Below are positions 10,008 to 19,328 of a stretch of 64,000 bases of DNA, in pieces (position 1 is the stretch's first letter; every line of letters starts with the position of its first letter). The DNA comes from a phage. Made by a program: the position numbers and the translations under genes. The notes under the pieces were generated by a model. The model saw only the letters and a list, made by a program, of their open reading frames with translations, searched no databases and was not told the DNA's origin. The DNA is taken from sequence record PX880102.1; one strand, given 5' to 3'.

Positions 10008-10301
10008 TCAGCTATAACGATAACACTCGTTTGATTTACGCTTAGCAACTCGTTGAGAAGTATTGTAATCAAAATCATCGTCAATGTAAACTGATTTTTT
10101 CAACTTTCTTACTTCACCGCGTAATTGACGATTTAACTCATCTTTAACTTCTGAATCAATGCCTTTCATTCTACGCCATTTATCTGAGCGAAAAATGTTT
10201 TCAACCATATCTTTATGACTTACACCATCAGGAGCTTTACGCTTTCCAAAATAGTCATAATCACGCACTTTTAAGTCTTTACGACGATACGTTTTACCCA
10301 T
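10008..10301 (-). CDS. hypothetical highly basic protein
   Basis: Track start is GTG; ATG at 10301 with AAGGAAA RBS gives 97 aa, Lys/Arg-rich. Confidence 0.5.
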   Translation of the reverse strand: MGKTYRRKDLKVRDYDYFGKRKAPDGVSHKDMVENIFRSDKWRRMKGIDSEVKDELNRQLRGEVRKLKKSVYIDDDFDYNTSQRVAKRKSNECYRYS

Positions 10302-10476
10302 GGAGTTTAATTTCCTTAGCAACTGAACTAAATACAGCACGATCACAAATCATCTGTTTATGTAACTTGAGTATAAGATAATAAACTTCAAAACCGTTTA
10401 CATAAGTAACACGAACAACATTACCATTAATGAGATAATACTGTCCCTTTTTAATTTCTTTATCAACCACAACCAT
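10294..10476 (-). CDS. hypothetical protein
   Basis: 60 aa, ATG with GAGGAA RBS; first gene after early promoter. Confidence 0.55.
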   Translation of the reverse strand: MVVVDKEIKKGQYYLINGNVVRVTYVNGFEVYYLILKLHKQMICDRAVFSSVAKEIKLHG

Positions 10477-10506
10477 ATCAATTCCTCAAAGGCAATTCAT
10501 GTGTTA

Positions 10507-10536
10507 ATAATACCACAGTTTGAGCTCGTTGTAAAC
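10507..10536 (-). promoter_or_regulatory. early (sigma70-type) promoter
   Basis: Minus strand TTTCACAAAGTTGTTTACA-N17-TGGTATTAT. Confidence 0.6.
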
Positions 10537-10617
10537 AACTTTGTGAAAATTATTTTAGGGAATGATAAGAAGGGAACGATAGCTTAGAATGGTAATATAC
10601 AGAATGTAAGAAAGAAA

Positions 10618-10630
10618 GGCCCAGAGGGCC
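10618..10630 (-). terminator. hairpin terminator after nrdH-like gene
   Basis: GGCCC-AGA-GGGCC followed by U-rich tract on transcript. Confidence 0.45.
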
Positions 10631-10634
10631 CGTC

Positions 10635-10958
10635 TTAGTCTTCTATGATATCTCTATCATATCCAAGTGAAATGAGAGTTTCTTTGAATTGTTTAATGTT
10701 CTTTTGTCTAGAATCATTAATGAAAATGACAGGATACCGAATATTAAGAGATGTGAATCCGGCGCGTTTGGCAAGAGATACAATCAATGGGCGATCGTAC
10801 TCAATCTTACCATTATTAGTAAGAACTTTATAGAAAGTAAAAGGAGCATTGAGCTCCTTTAGAAGTTTTGTAACTGATTGACATCCAGGACAACGACCTA
10901 CTTCATCTGGAATTCCATAGACTTCAATCTTATTCTTTAAGTTCGAGTTTTGTTCCAC
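10635..10958 (-). CDS. nrdH: glutaredoxin-like protein (NrdH-like)
   Basis: CPGC redox motif in KIEVYGIPDEVGRCPGCQ; track start is an upstream non-ATG; GTG at 10958 with AAGGAA RBS proposed; start uncertain. Confidence 0.6.
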   Translation of the reverse strand: MEQNSNLKNKIEVYGIPDEVGRCPGCQSVTKLLKELNAPFTFYKVLTNNGKIEYDRPLIVSLAKRAGFTSLNIRYPVIFINDSRQKNIKQFKETLISLGYDRDIIED

Positions 10959-11241
10959 GAGAAATAATTCCTTGATAAGCCCAGTATGGCGGGTTAACAG
11001 AATCCTCACCAGAGTTTTCTTCAGGAAAATAAACCTGGATAACGAAGCCGGATTCATCAAAGGTGAAATAAGTAGTAGGCAATTCACCTAACAAATCGGC
11101 ACGAGCATTAATTTCTTCGAGGTCTTGTTCACGTCCAGCCCAGAAGCTTGGGTTCAGACTACATTCATAGAAATAATAGTCATTACCGAACATATCAAAA
11201 CCATTCCAACTCTCTACTACATACCGCTCAAAACTAATCAT
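10930..11241 (-). CDS. hypothetical protein
   Basis: 103 aa, ATG start. Confidence 0.6.
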   Translation of the reverse strand: MISFERYVVESWNGFDMFGNDYYFYECSLNPSFWAGREQDLEEINARADLLGELPTTYFTFDESGFVIQVYFPEENSGEDSVNPPYWAYQGIISRGTKLELKE

Positions 11242-11243
11242 AA

Positions 11244-11459
11244 TTAAGCCTTTTTATCAAGAACAGCATTCAGCTTGTTAGTAATTTTATCCAGACGCTC
11301 ATTGAACTCACTAGAAGATAAGCCCTTTTCTGGAGAAATTAAACTAATAACGAAAAATACAACAATAAAAGGAATAAGGAAAATAGCTCCAACTGCCATA
11401 AACAGAAAGAATGTTACAGTTGTAAGAAAATCAGCTAAACCTTTACGAAATTTATACAT
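11244..11459 (-). CDS. hypothetical membrane protein
   Basis: 71 aa, ATG start, hydrophobic segment. Confidence 0.6.
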   Translation of the reverse strand: MYKFRKGLADFLTTVTFFLFMAVGAIFLIPFIVVFFVISLISPEKGLSSSEFNERLDKITNKLNAVLDKKA

Positions 11460-11574
11460 ATTTTACCCTTAATTGATTAACCAAGCATTGATAAGCACTA
11501 AACTATATTGCGAATAAAATTCTGGACCAAAATGAAAAATCATATCATTTATAGTATCAATAATGTAATTCAAT

Positions 11575-12045
11575 TTAATCATGTGTCCACACCCCATCGG
11601 TATTTGACCAAAGTCGCTGATTATCTGATCCTCGCCACAGCTTTTTAGTCGGAAGATTTTTTTCATACTTCCCATCAATAATAACATCAACATATTTAAG
11701 CATTTCTAGTTGTTTAATATCTTCAAACTTATATCCTGTCCACAACCAAATGCTTTTATTGGGATAAAGATTTTTTACTGTTTGAACCACAGAGTGAATC
11801 ACGTCTCTGTTATCAGGATAAAGAGGGTCACCCCCAGTTATAGTTAATCCTTCTATATAATCATTATTCAAACATTCAATTAATTGTTCTAGTGTTTCAC
11901 CAGTGAATGGAACACCATTTCTGGCATTCCATGTTGATTTATTATAACACCCTTCACATTTATGCAAACAACCTGTAACGAAAAGAACGACCCTGCAACC
12001 AGGGCCATTCACAAAATCGCAAGGATAAAATCTATCATAATTCAT
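11575..12045 (-). CDS. nrdG: anaerobic ribonucleotide reductase activating protein (radical SAM)
   Basis: 156 aa; CxxxCxxC cluster (GCLHKCEGCYN); ATG start. Confidence 0.9.
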   Translation of the reverse strand: MNYDRFYPCDFVNGPGCRVVLFVTGCLHKCEGCYNKSTWNARNGVPFTGETLEQLIECLNNDYIEGLTITGGDPLYPDNRDVIHSVVQTVKNLYPNKSIWLWTGYKFEDIKQLEMLKYVDVIIDGKYEKNLPTKKLWRGSDNQRLWSNTDGVWTHD

Positions 12046-13859
12046 TGGTGTTTAACCCTATGCATGATTTCTTTATTTTTACCGAGATTAAATCCGCGTT
12101 CGTTCGGATTTCCCAAATAACCGCATGTTCTTCTTATGGTATTCATCTTTTTAGGATCAGTTTCTCCACAAATAGAACAAACAAATCCGTTTTCAGTAGG
12201 AGTCATTTCATGGGTACTTCCGCATGTAAAACATTTATCTACTGGCATATTAACACCAAAATAATCTAAATGTTGTGCAGCATAATCCCACACGGCCTCA
12301 AGACCTTTTAAGTTATTTTTCATATCAGGAAGTTCAACATAAGAAATGTGACCACCTGTCGCAATGAAATGATATGGTGCTTCGCGAGAAATCTTTTCAA
12401 ACGGAGTAATATTTTCTTCTACTGAAACATGGAAACTGTTAGTGTACCAACCTTTATCGGTAACATCCTTTACACTTCCATATTTTTCGGTATCAAGTTT
12501 ACAGAAGCGATAACAAAGGTTTTCAGCAGGAGTAGAATACAAGCTAAAAGCAAACCCAGTTCTTTCAGTCCACTGCTTAAGACGAGCATTCATTTTAGTT
12601 AAAATTTCCTGTCCAATATCACGACCGACAAGAATATTCAATTCGTGAATACCAATGTATCCTAGAGACACTGAACTTCTGCCATTTTTAAATAACTCAA
12701 TTATGTCGTCATCAGGTTTAAGACGAACCCCGAATGCGCCTTCTTGGTAAAGAATAGGAGCAACAGTCGCTTTAACTCCTTTTAAGGAACTAATTCTACA
12801 CATCAAAGCTTCAAAACACAAATCCATTCGTTCATTGAATAATTCAACAAATTTCTGTTCATTGAATTGTGTTCCAATATAAGAATCTAACGCGATGCGA
12901 GGAAGATTCAGTGTTACAACGCCAAGATTATTACGTCCATCAAGAATTTCATTACCAGTCGAATCTTTCCATACGCTCAAGAAACTACGGCAACCCATTG
13001 GAGAAACAGGAATAGATGAGCCGGTGATAACTTTATTGTTCTTAGCTGAAATAATATCAGGATACATTCTTTTGCTTGCACACTCTAAAGCAAGCTGCTT
13101 AATATCATAGTTCGGATCGTCTTTATAAAGATTAACACCTTCTTCAACGAACATAACAAGCTTAGGGAAAATAGGAGTTATCCCATCACGACCAAGACCT
13201 TTAATACGATTTTTCAGAATTGCTTTCTGAATCATTCGTTCAGTCCAGTCAGTTCCTGTACCAAATGTAATTGTTACAAAAGGTGTTTGTCCGTTTGAGC
13301 TAAAGAGAGTATTTACTTCATATTCATAAGCTTGGAATGCATCGTATACATCTTTTTCTGTTTTAGATTGAGCATAATTCAACGCATCAGCGATTTGCCA
13401 TTTTTCTGCATCCTCAATATGTTTTGCATAGGTGCGTTTAACATAAGGAGAAAGTACTTTATCTACATTAGCAAAAGTCGTTCCGCCGTATTGATGGGAA
13501 GCAACCTGTGCAGTAATTTGTGCCATAATTGCAGTAGCAACACCGATTGATTTAGGAGTTTCAATCTGTGCATTACCAAGCTTAAATCCGTTCTCAAGCA
13601 TTCCTTTTAAATCTACTAAACAACAATTAGTAAATGGAAGAGCAGGGGAATAATCAATATCGTGGAAATGAATAATTCCGCTTTCATGCGCTTTCATAAT
13701 AAAAGACGGGACCATATTTTTGGCAATGTGTTTAGACACAATACCAGCCATAAGGTCCCGTTGAGTTGGAAAAACACGAGAATCTTTATTAGCATTCTCG
13801 TTTAAAAGGTCTTTATTAGTTTTATGAATCAATCCTTCAATTTCTTTTTCAATTGTCAT
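12042..13859 (-). CDS. nrdD: anaerobic ribonucleoside-triphosphate reductase
   Basis: 605 aa uninterrupted ORF; C-terminal glycyl-radical motif RRTCGYLG and Cys-rich zinc ribbon; 4-nt overlap with nrdG. Confidence 0.92.
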   Translation of the reverse strand: MTIEKEIEGLIHKTNKDLLNENANKDSRVFPTQRDLMAGIVSKHIAKNMVPSFIMKAHESGIIHFHDIDYSPALPFTNCCLVDLKGMLENGFKLGNAQIETPKSIGVATAIMAQITAQVASHQYGGTTFANVDKVLSPYVKRTYAKHIEDAEKWQIADALNYAQSKTEKDVYDAFQAYEYEVNTLFSSNGQTPFVTITFGTGTDWTERMIQKAILKNRIKGLGRDGITPIFPKLVMFVEEGVNLYKDDPNYDIKQLALECASKRMYPDIISAKNNKVITGSSIPVSPMGCRSFLSVWKDSTGNEILDGRNNLGVVTLNLPRIALDSYIGTQFNEQKFVELFNERMDLCFEALMCRISSLKGVKATVAPILYQEGAFGVRLKPDDDIIELFKNGRSSVSLGYIGIHELNILVGRDIGQEILTKMNARLKQWTERTGFAFSLYSTPAENLCYRFCKLDTEKYGSVKDVTDKGWYTNSFHVSVEENITPFEKISREAPYHFIATGGHISYVELPDMKNNLKGLEAVWDYAAQHLDYFGVNMPVDKCFTCGSTHEMTPTENGFVCSICGETDPKKMNTIRRTCGYLGNPNERGFNLGKNKEIMHRVKHQ

Positions 13860-14329
13860 TTTAAACTCTTTCTAAGCTGCTTCTTAAATGAAGCTATTAG
13901 TTGTGTTTTAGTGTCAGATTCATTATATTCAAATCCTCTTTGAAGCATCTCGGCCATCATTTCCTCTTTTCCTAAACGAGAAAATTCCTTTGATTTATCT
14001 CCAACAAAGTTAGGGTGAATATTATTTTGGGTGTAATCGGATTTTAAATAAGTAAGTAAATTTTCTAACCATTCAAGATAATCAACACCTTGTCCCTTTA
14101 AGCCAGAACGATTAAATTTATGCTTCATTTGACCTTCTGCGGCATTGCAGAGATTACAAAGCAATCCACGTACCTTTCCTGCTTTTGGTCCATTTAATTC
14201 ATGGTCATGGTCAAGGTGATTAGCTTGAACATCAGGATTTAGTTCTCGTTGGCAAATTAAGCATTTACCGTTTTGTGCATCATAAAATTTCTGTTTTTCT
14301 TCTTTATATAATTTGCCAGTCAATAACAT
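13856..14329 (-). CDS. 49: endonuclease VII (Holliday junction resolvase)
   Basis: 157 aa; Cys/His-rich N-terminus; ATG start. Confidence 0.9.
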   Translation of the reverse strand: MLLTGKLYKEEKQKFYDAQNGKCLICQRELNPDVQANHLDHDHELNGPKAGKVRGLLCNLCNAAEGQMKHKFNRSGLKGQGVDYLEWLENLLTYLKSDYTQNNIHPNFVGDKSKEFSRLGKEEMMAEMLQRGFEYNESDTKTQLIASFKKQLRKSLK

Positions 14330-14370
14330 AATAAACCCTTACCTTAAATAGATAAGGGTATTTATTATTT

Positions 14371-14856
14371 TCAAGTATTGTAAAACATTTGATGCAATCG
14401 CTTATATTGCCGAATCTTTTGGTCAGAAAAAGAAATTTGAGTTTCAAGCCATTCAATGTACTCTGCGGCAGCTTGCATCAGGTTACCTTCATAGCCATCG
14501 TTATTTTCTTGTGCAGCTAATTTAGCTAATGCGTATGAAATACGTTCACCTTGAAAATCAGCTTTAGGCTTCTGAACAGCTTGATTAGTTCTCTCTACAA
14601 CTTCTTCAATTTCGCCATTTTCTACTGATTCAGTATTCCATAAGCACCAATACGTAATTGGCTTATCGTAGATGTTAATAATCTTTCCATCAGAAAGTTC
14701 AATTTCAATAATTCCAGTATCAGGTTCTATATCATCTTCACATTCTTTTGCAAGTTCACGAACTTTAAAGACAGCACCTGCACTAAGTTCCGGCCAGTAA
14801 TTACATAGCCCTGTATCAGCACGATTAATTCTAAACCACTTATCTACTGTAATCAT
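14371..14856 (-). CDS. pin: PinA, inhibitor of host Lon protease
   Basis: 161 aa from ATG at 14856 with GGAG RBS (track start is TTG at 14874). Confidence 0.8.
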   Translation of the reverse strand: MITVDKWFRINRADTGLCNYWPELSAGAVFKVRELAKECEDDIEPDTGIIEIELSDGKIINIYDKPITYWCLWNTESVENGEIEEVVERTNQAVQKPKADFQGERISYALAKLAAQENNDGYEGNLMQAAAEYIEWLETQISFSDQKIRQYKRLHQMFYNT

Positions 14857-14896
14857 GTCCCATCTCCATATCAATTAAGTCATTTATCGTTGGTTC

Positions 14897-14926
14897 ATTA
14901 TATACTGTTTCTTCATCAGTGTAAAC
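14897..14926 (-). promoter_or_regulatory. early promoter upstream of pin
   Basis: Minus strand GTTTAC-N17-TATATAAT. Confidence 0.55.
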
Positions 14927-14978
14927 CGGTTCTTCCGGCTCTGGCTCTACAGTTTCCCATCTAGCCGCCCACCAGGGT

Positions 14979-15368
14979 TTAACCCCGAAGCTTATTAAGT
15001 TCTTCATAATCAATCCAGGATTCTAATCCTGATGGCAAATCAGATTCAATTTCCCAAAGAAGCTCTTCAATTTTCTGAAGACGATCTAGTTCTTCAGCTG
15101 GAATAGTAACCATTGATGGAGTTCTTGATACACTAATATCGTAAATCATATTTACCCCCAGTTTGACCATGCAATCACCGTATTTCCACTTAGAAATAGA
15201 CTTTTCACCATTAGAATAATAAACTTCGAGTTTAGCACGATTATTTTTAATTTGAATAACCTTGGCTGTCATCAAAGTTCCATACCCATAATAAACTGCA
15301 ACTTCATCACCTACATATACCGCGCTTCCGCGGTAATCATGGATATAATCAGTTCCTTCGAGCATCAT
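14979..15368 (-). CDS. hypothetical protein (49.x-like)
   Basis: 129 aa, ATG overlapping nrdC stop (ATGA). Confidence 0.6.
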   Translation of the reverse strand: MMLEGTDYIHDYRGSAVYVGDEVAVYYGYGTLMTAKVIQIKNNRAKLEVYYSNGEKSISKWKYGDCMVKLGVNMIYDISVSRTPSMVTIPAEELDRLQKIEELLWEIESDLPSGLESWIDYEELNKLRG

Positions 15369-15628
15369 TTAAAGTATTCCCGCAATTGGTCAAATCCACC
15401 AATATGACTTCCATCAGGAGCAAATACTTGAGGCATCGTCAAGCCAATTTGAGTATCACGACCCAGTTTAGTCAGAAGCTCAGCGATTTTCTCATCATCA
15501 AAAACACCTTTTTCCGGCATAATGTTGATAAATTCAAACGGCTGTTTCTTCACAGTCAAAAGACGTTTTGCATTATCGCAGTACACACATTTGTGGATGT
15601 TGCTATCATAACCATATACTTTAAACAT
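15365..15628 (-). CDS. nrdC: thioredoxin/glutaredoxin
   Basis: 87 aa, MFKVYGYDSNIHKCVYCDNAKRLL with CVYC active site, as recalled for T4 NrdC. Confidence 0.92.
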   Translation of the reverse strand: MFKVYGYDSNIHKCVYCDNAKRLLTVKKQPFEFINIMPEKGVFDDEKIAELLTKLGRDTQIGLTMPQVFAPDGSHIGGFDQLREYFK

Positions 15629-15629
15629 A

Positions 15630-15872
15630 TTATTCCTTAATTCCTAGTACTTGTTTAAAAGTCTCGTCGTAATCAAGACTTTGGCCCGTTTGTTCTTTAT
15701 GTTTGTACATAATATCACTTACTTCTGATAGCATATTTTTATATGAACGAGTTAAAGCAGATTTAAGCACGCTGTATCTATCAGGAAATTTACCATGTTC
15801 ATTATAATAAGCTATTGCTAATTCACGGACTGCCTTTTCAGCAGTCTCCATATATTCTTTACGCTTGGTCAT
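15630..15872 (-). CDS. hypothetical protein
   Basis: Track start is TTG at 16007 inside neighbour; ATG at 15872 gives 80 aa. Confidence 0.5.
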   Translation of the reverse strand: MTKRKEYMETAEKAVRELAIAYYNEHGKFPDRYSVLKSALTRSYKNMLSEVSDIMYKHKEQTGQSLDYDETFKQVLGIKE

Positions 15873-15873
15873 T

Positions 15874-16263
15874 TTAATCCAAAATATTATTAGGCATTGG
15901 TTGAACACTCGCAAGTTCTTTAAAGAACTCAGTAGAGTCAGGTAATTTAACCATTTCCGGAGCATGCTTGCTAAATTTGTGTTTACAATGACGGCATTTA
16001 TATTCAAGTTCCGGTTTACGCCAATTAATTAATTGAACCTGTTCAGTACCGCATTCAGGACAATTAGGAACGTTTTTAGAAGCCCTTTCGCGACGTTCAA
16101 CCATAGCCATAATAGCATCCCAGGCTGGAGGTTTAAAGTCTAAATCATCACAACCATGAATCTTTCCACGCATTTCCAGATCGTCTTCTTCACCAGCCAT
16201 AATAATTTTAATTAGACTGGAATTACTTGAAGCTGCAATATCTTCTAATAGACGCTTTTTCAT
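15874..16263 (-). CDS. hypothetical zinc-ribbon protein
   Basis: 129 aa, ATG start; CPECG...CRHCKH pair. Confidence 0.6.
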   Translation of the reverse strand: MKKRLLEDIAASSNSSLIKIIMAGEEDDLEMRGKIHGCDDLDFKPPAWDAIMAMVERRERASKNVPNCPECGTEQVQLINWRKPELEYKCRHCKHKFSKHAPEMVKLPDSTEFFKELASVQPMPNNILD

Positions 16264-17189
16264 TTCAATACCTCAATAGCATTACGTAAACCATTTGCTT
16301 TCGCATTAAGAGCTTTTAACAATTTGGTGTGTTCGGCAATCTGGGCTTCAACTTCAATCAAACGAGCATTGAGATATTCACGTTCTTCGCTCAAGTTATC
16401 AATCTTTTCTACTTTAGGCTCTTTTACAACTGTCTTATATGTATTAGGGTTCTTCAGTTTAATTAGAATACGTGAACTGTATAACATTGAACCATTATCT
16501 TCGATTTCATCATACATTTCTACTACGTCCATGATTTTTAACATCATGCGGAGTTTATAAGACAACGAACGAATAGTTTTGTTGTGCTTATTAATTTCTT
16601 TAGAGTTCATGGTGCCAAGATTACGTGAGTAATAATAAGGAACCTGGATATTAATTAACACTGATGAACCACCTGGCTTGTGTGTTACTTCATCAGCAAT
16701 AACCCAATCCTTAACATGAACTGTATTTGTACGGTCATCACCAGCAGTAAATAGTTTGCGAGCATGCTTAAAAAGCATATTCACTTGGTCATTGAATTGA
16801 CAAGCAAATTTATCAGCAAATTTAGTTTCAGGAATGGTAGATAACCAATCAGCCAAGTGGGTCTTTTTAACATCGTTAACAATAGTAAATTCAACCAAAT
16901 CGGTTATAGATGTTGCAGATTTAATGAAGCTCGGCTTCATTAAGTTTTTAATGTTATCGCGAGCTACAGTAGAAGATAACATACGAGAACGTTTAAACCA
17001 TTCAAGCAAATTGCCTAACGAATGAGAATAAGCGTTTTGAGTATCTTTACAGATATGATTTTCCTGACCAACATATTGAAGGAAATCACGAAGAATATTA
17101 TTGATTACTGCTCTGTGTCCGATTTGATAATTACGGTGTTTAGTAATAAGACTGTCAAAATAATCAATATAATGTTTACGAGTTTTCAT
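16260..17189 (-). CDS. hypothetical protein with C-terminal coiled coil
   Basis: 309 aa, ATG start. Confidence 0.65.
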   Translation of the reverse strand: MKTRKHYIDYFDSLITKHRNYQIGHRAVINNILRDFLQYVGQENHICKDTQNAYSHSLGNLLEWFKRSRMLSSTVARDNIKNLMKPSFIKSATSITDLVEFTIVNDVKKTHLADWLSTIPETKFADKFACQFNDQVNMLFKHARKLFTAGDDRTNTVHVKDWVIADEVTHKPGGSSVLINIQVPYYYSRNLGTMNSKEINKHNKTIRSLSYKLRMMLKIMDVVEMYDEIEDNGSMLYSSRILIKLKNPNTYKTVVKEPKVEKIDNLSEEREYLNARLIEVEAQIAEHTKLLKALNAKANGLRNAIEVLK

Positions 17190-17241
17190 GTTCTTCTCAC
17201 TTGGTTAATGATTTATACTCCGAGCCATCCTTGGCTTTAAA

Positions 17242-18243
17242 TTACTTAATTAACTGTAAAGCTTGTTCAAGACGATCCAGGCGATTAACAGATTCTTCCC
17301 AAATCCTTTTAGCCTGCTCATATTCTTTCTGCGCTTTATTAGAAATTTCTAGAGCTTCTTTATAAGCTTTTTCTAGTGCAATAACTTCTGGACGAATTTC
17401 TATCGGTTCAGGTGAATCGTCAAGACATTCCATTAGTTCCTCAAGGGTAGTTTCTTCTTTAAGAGTATTCACAATTTCATCACATTTTTGCTGGTAAATT
17501 TCTTTATCAGTCGGTGAGTACGCACACTTTACTTCACGAAGACTAATTATAATTTTATATCCTTCCCATTCACACATATTTTTGAAAGGATATGTATGAA
17601 TACTTTTTACAGTTTCCATACAGCCCAAAGCCGTCTCTAATTGATGAGTTATAGTGCTAGCAATTGAGAAAAATTTATTAATGTTCTTTTGATTAGCTGC
17701 TGGTGTAAAAAATCCATAATTCACAAAAATAGCTACTTTATTTTTATCAAGCTCATATTCTTTTACGATAATCATATCAGAAGCCAAAGGATGAATTTGA
17801 CGATAATCGCCATAACATAATTTAGAAGCTGATTTTAGAATTTGTCCTTTGAAAAGTCTGAAATTACTAATCCAACGACGAGTAAAAATATTCTCAGGGT
17901 CTTCTTTAATATTAAGATGATAAGAATTAACATCACCGAACCAATTATATCCTACTACATCTTTAGTTCGTTTAATTTCTTTCCCAAATTTACCAAGAAT
18001 ATCCCTATTAACCAAATATGAAAGAAGACGAGACCCTTTAAAGGTTTTCTTAATGGCATCTTTATCTGTACGACTAGAAATTTCACGAACTTCATGAATA
18101 AATTTGCCGGAAGAAACAATACTTGCATCAGTATTATTGAGCCATTGATTGATAATAGAAAGAACGCTATTTTGGCCAAACATCGGTATAGCTTTATCAT
18201 CAATAACGCTATTGAATGATTTGATATATTCGTTACGAGTCAT
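17242..18243 (-). CDS. hypothetical protein with C-terminal coiled coil
   Basis: Track start lies inside the upstream promoter; ATG at 18243 with GAGGAG RBS gives 333 aa. Confidence 0.65.
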   Translation of the reverse strand: MTRNEYIKSFNSVIDDKAIPMFGQNSVLSIINQWLNNTDASIVSSGKFIHEVREISSRTDKDAIKKTFKGSRLLSYLVNRDILGKFGKEIKRTKDVVGYNWFGDVNSYHLNIKEDPENIFTRRWISNFRLFKGQILKSASKLCYGDYRQIHPLASDMIIVKEYELDKNKVAIFVNYGFFTPAANQKNINKFFSIASTITHQLETALGCMETVKSIHTYPFKNMCEWEGYKIIISLREVKCAYSPTDKEIYQQKCDEIVNTLKEETTLEELMECLDDSPEPIEIRPEVIALEKAYKEALEISNKAQKEYEQAKRIWEESVNRLDRLEQALQLIK

Positions 18244-18271
18244 AATAATCTCCTCAGTAGAAAGTAAAAAC

Positions 18272-18301
18272 ATTATACCACATCCTTGTGGCAAAGTAAA
18301 C
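18272..18301 (-). promoter_or_regulatory. early promoter
   Basis: Minus strand GTTTAC-N17-TGGTATAAT. Confidence 0.6.
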
Positions 18302-19320
18302 TAGTTCAGTGCATTTAGTGCATTGTTCAGTTTAGAACGTTGCTTCGTGAGATTTTTGACTTTTTCTTGAGCTTTTTCTAGCATCTTTTCAGCTTCTAGC
18401 ACTTCATTGGTCGCTTTAACGAGTTCATCATCTACTGCCTTGATAGACTTCTCAATCGCATCCGCGTGCCATTTTTCAACAGGTTTAAGACTCGGATTTT
18501 CAATAGGAAGAAAATTCACTTTATTGAATTTCCATGCATCTTTATTGCCTGAACTATACATCCAAAATTTAGGATCGTTTGATGAGTAATTAGATAAATT
18601 TAAGTTATCTTGCACTTCCTGCTTTTTCTCTTGCGGGACTTCGTCCTTTCTCAAAAAATCGTATTTAAATGAAACGATCATATCAAGTTCATATGTTGTT
18701 GTATGTTCCCAATTTCGCTCAAAACGAGGTAAAATCTTAGAATGAACAGCGGCAACAACATCCATATACTTAAATGCTTCTGTCAACTGCGATTTAAGGC
18801 ATTCGCAAATTGAAAGAGAATTTTTTGTATTAGGTTTAAAGCTAATTCGTGCAGTTCTGTTATTTTCTTTTAATGGTCTTACTTCCATCTGAAGAGTATA
18901 ACCATCAAATTTCAGGTTCTTTAAGTTAATGTCAGAACCTTTTAATCGACTAGCCGTTGACAAAATTTGCTTTAATTGTTTACGGAATAGAGCAATAAAT
19001 CTCCATTCAATACGATAATGATTTGGATTAAAAAATCCAGATGATAAATCGACCTTACTCTGACCAACGCCCTGAACAAATAGAGGATTTTTATAATCAA
19101 TAGTTTTACAGAAATCGGTGAGCTGCTCACGAGCCGTCATTTGTGTAATATACCCCGCTTTACTAAAATGACGTAACCATTCACTGCTATTCATATATTT
19201 AAAGTGAATATCACGATTAACTTTATCAGGATCTAAATTATTTTGGCACAAAAATGTCATAACATCACGAGTATAGCTGGCATTACGAACCATATCTTCA
19301 ATTTGAGAACGAGTTTTCAT
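18301..19320 (-). CDS. hypothetical protein with C-terminal coiled coil
   Basis: 339 aa, ATG start. Confidence 0.65.
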   Translation of the reverse strand: MKTRSQIEDMVRNASYTRDVMTFLCQNNLDPDKVNRDIHFKYMNSSEWLRHFSKAGYITQMTAREQLTDFCKTIDYKNPLFVQGVGQSKVDLSSGFFNPNHYRIEWRFIALFRKQLKQILSTASRLKGSDINLKNLKFDGYTLQMEVRPLKENNRTARISFKPNTKNSLSICECLKSQLTEAFKYMDVVAAVHSKILPRFERNWEHTTTYELDMIVSFKYDFLRKDEVPQEKKQEVQDNLNLSNYSSNDPKFWMYSSGNKDAWKFNKVNFLPIENPSLKPVEKWHADAIEKSIKAVDDELVKATNEVLEAEKMLEKAQEKVKNLTKQRSKLNNALNALN

Positions 19321-19328
19321 GGTGTTCC

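Noticed and set aside
11469-11693. Minus-strand 74-aa ORF overlapping nrdG
   Set aside because: Most of it is out-of-frame inside nrdG; only a 37-aa tail after the nrdG stop could be real, kept as a low-confidence remark.
12042-13859. Search for a group I intron / homing endonuclease in nrdD
   Set aside because: nrdD reads through as one 605-aa ORF with intact glycyl-radical C-terminus; no insert.
17955-18203. Minus-strand 82-aa ORF
   Set aside because: Out-of-frame inside the 17242..18243 gene.
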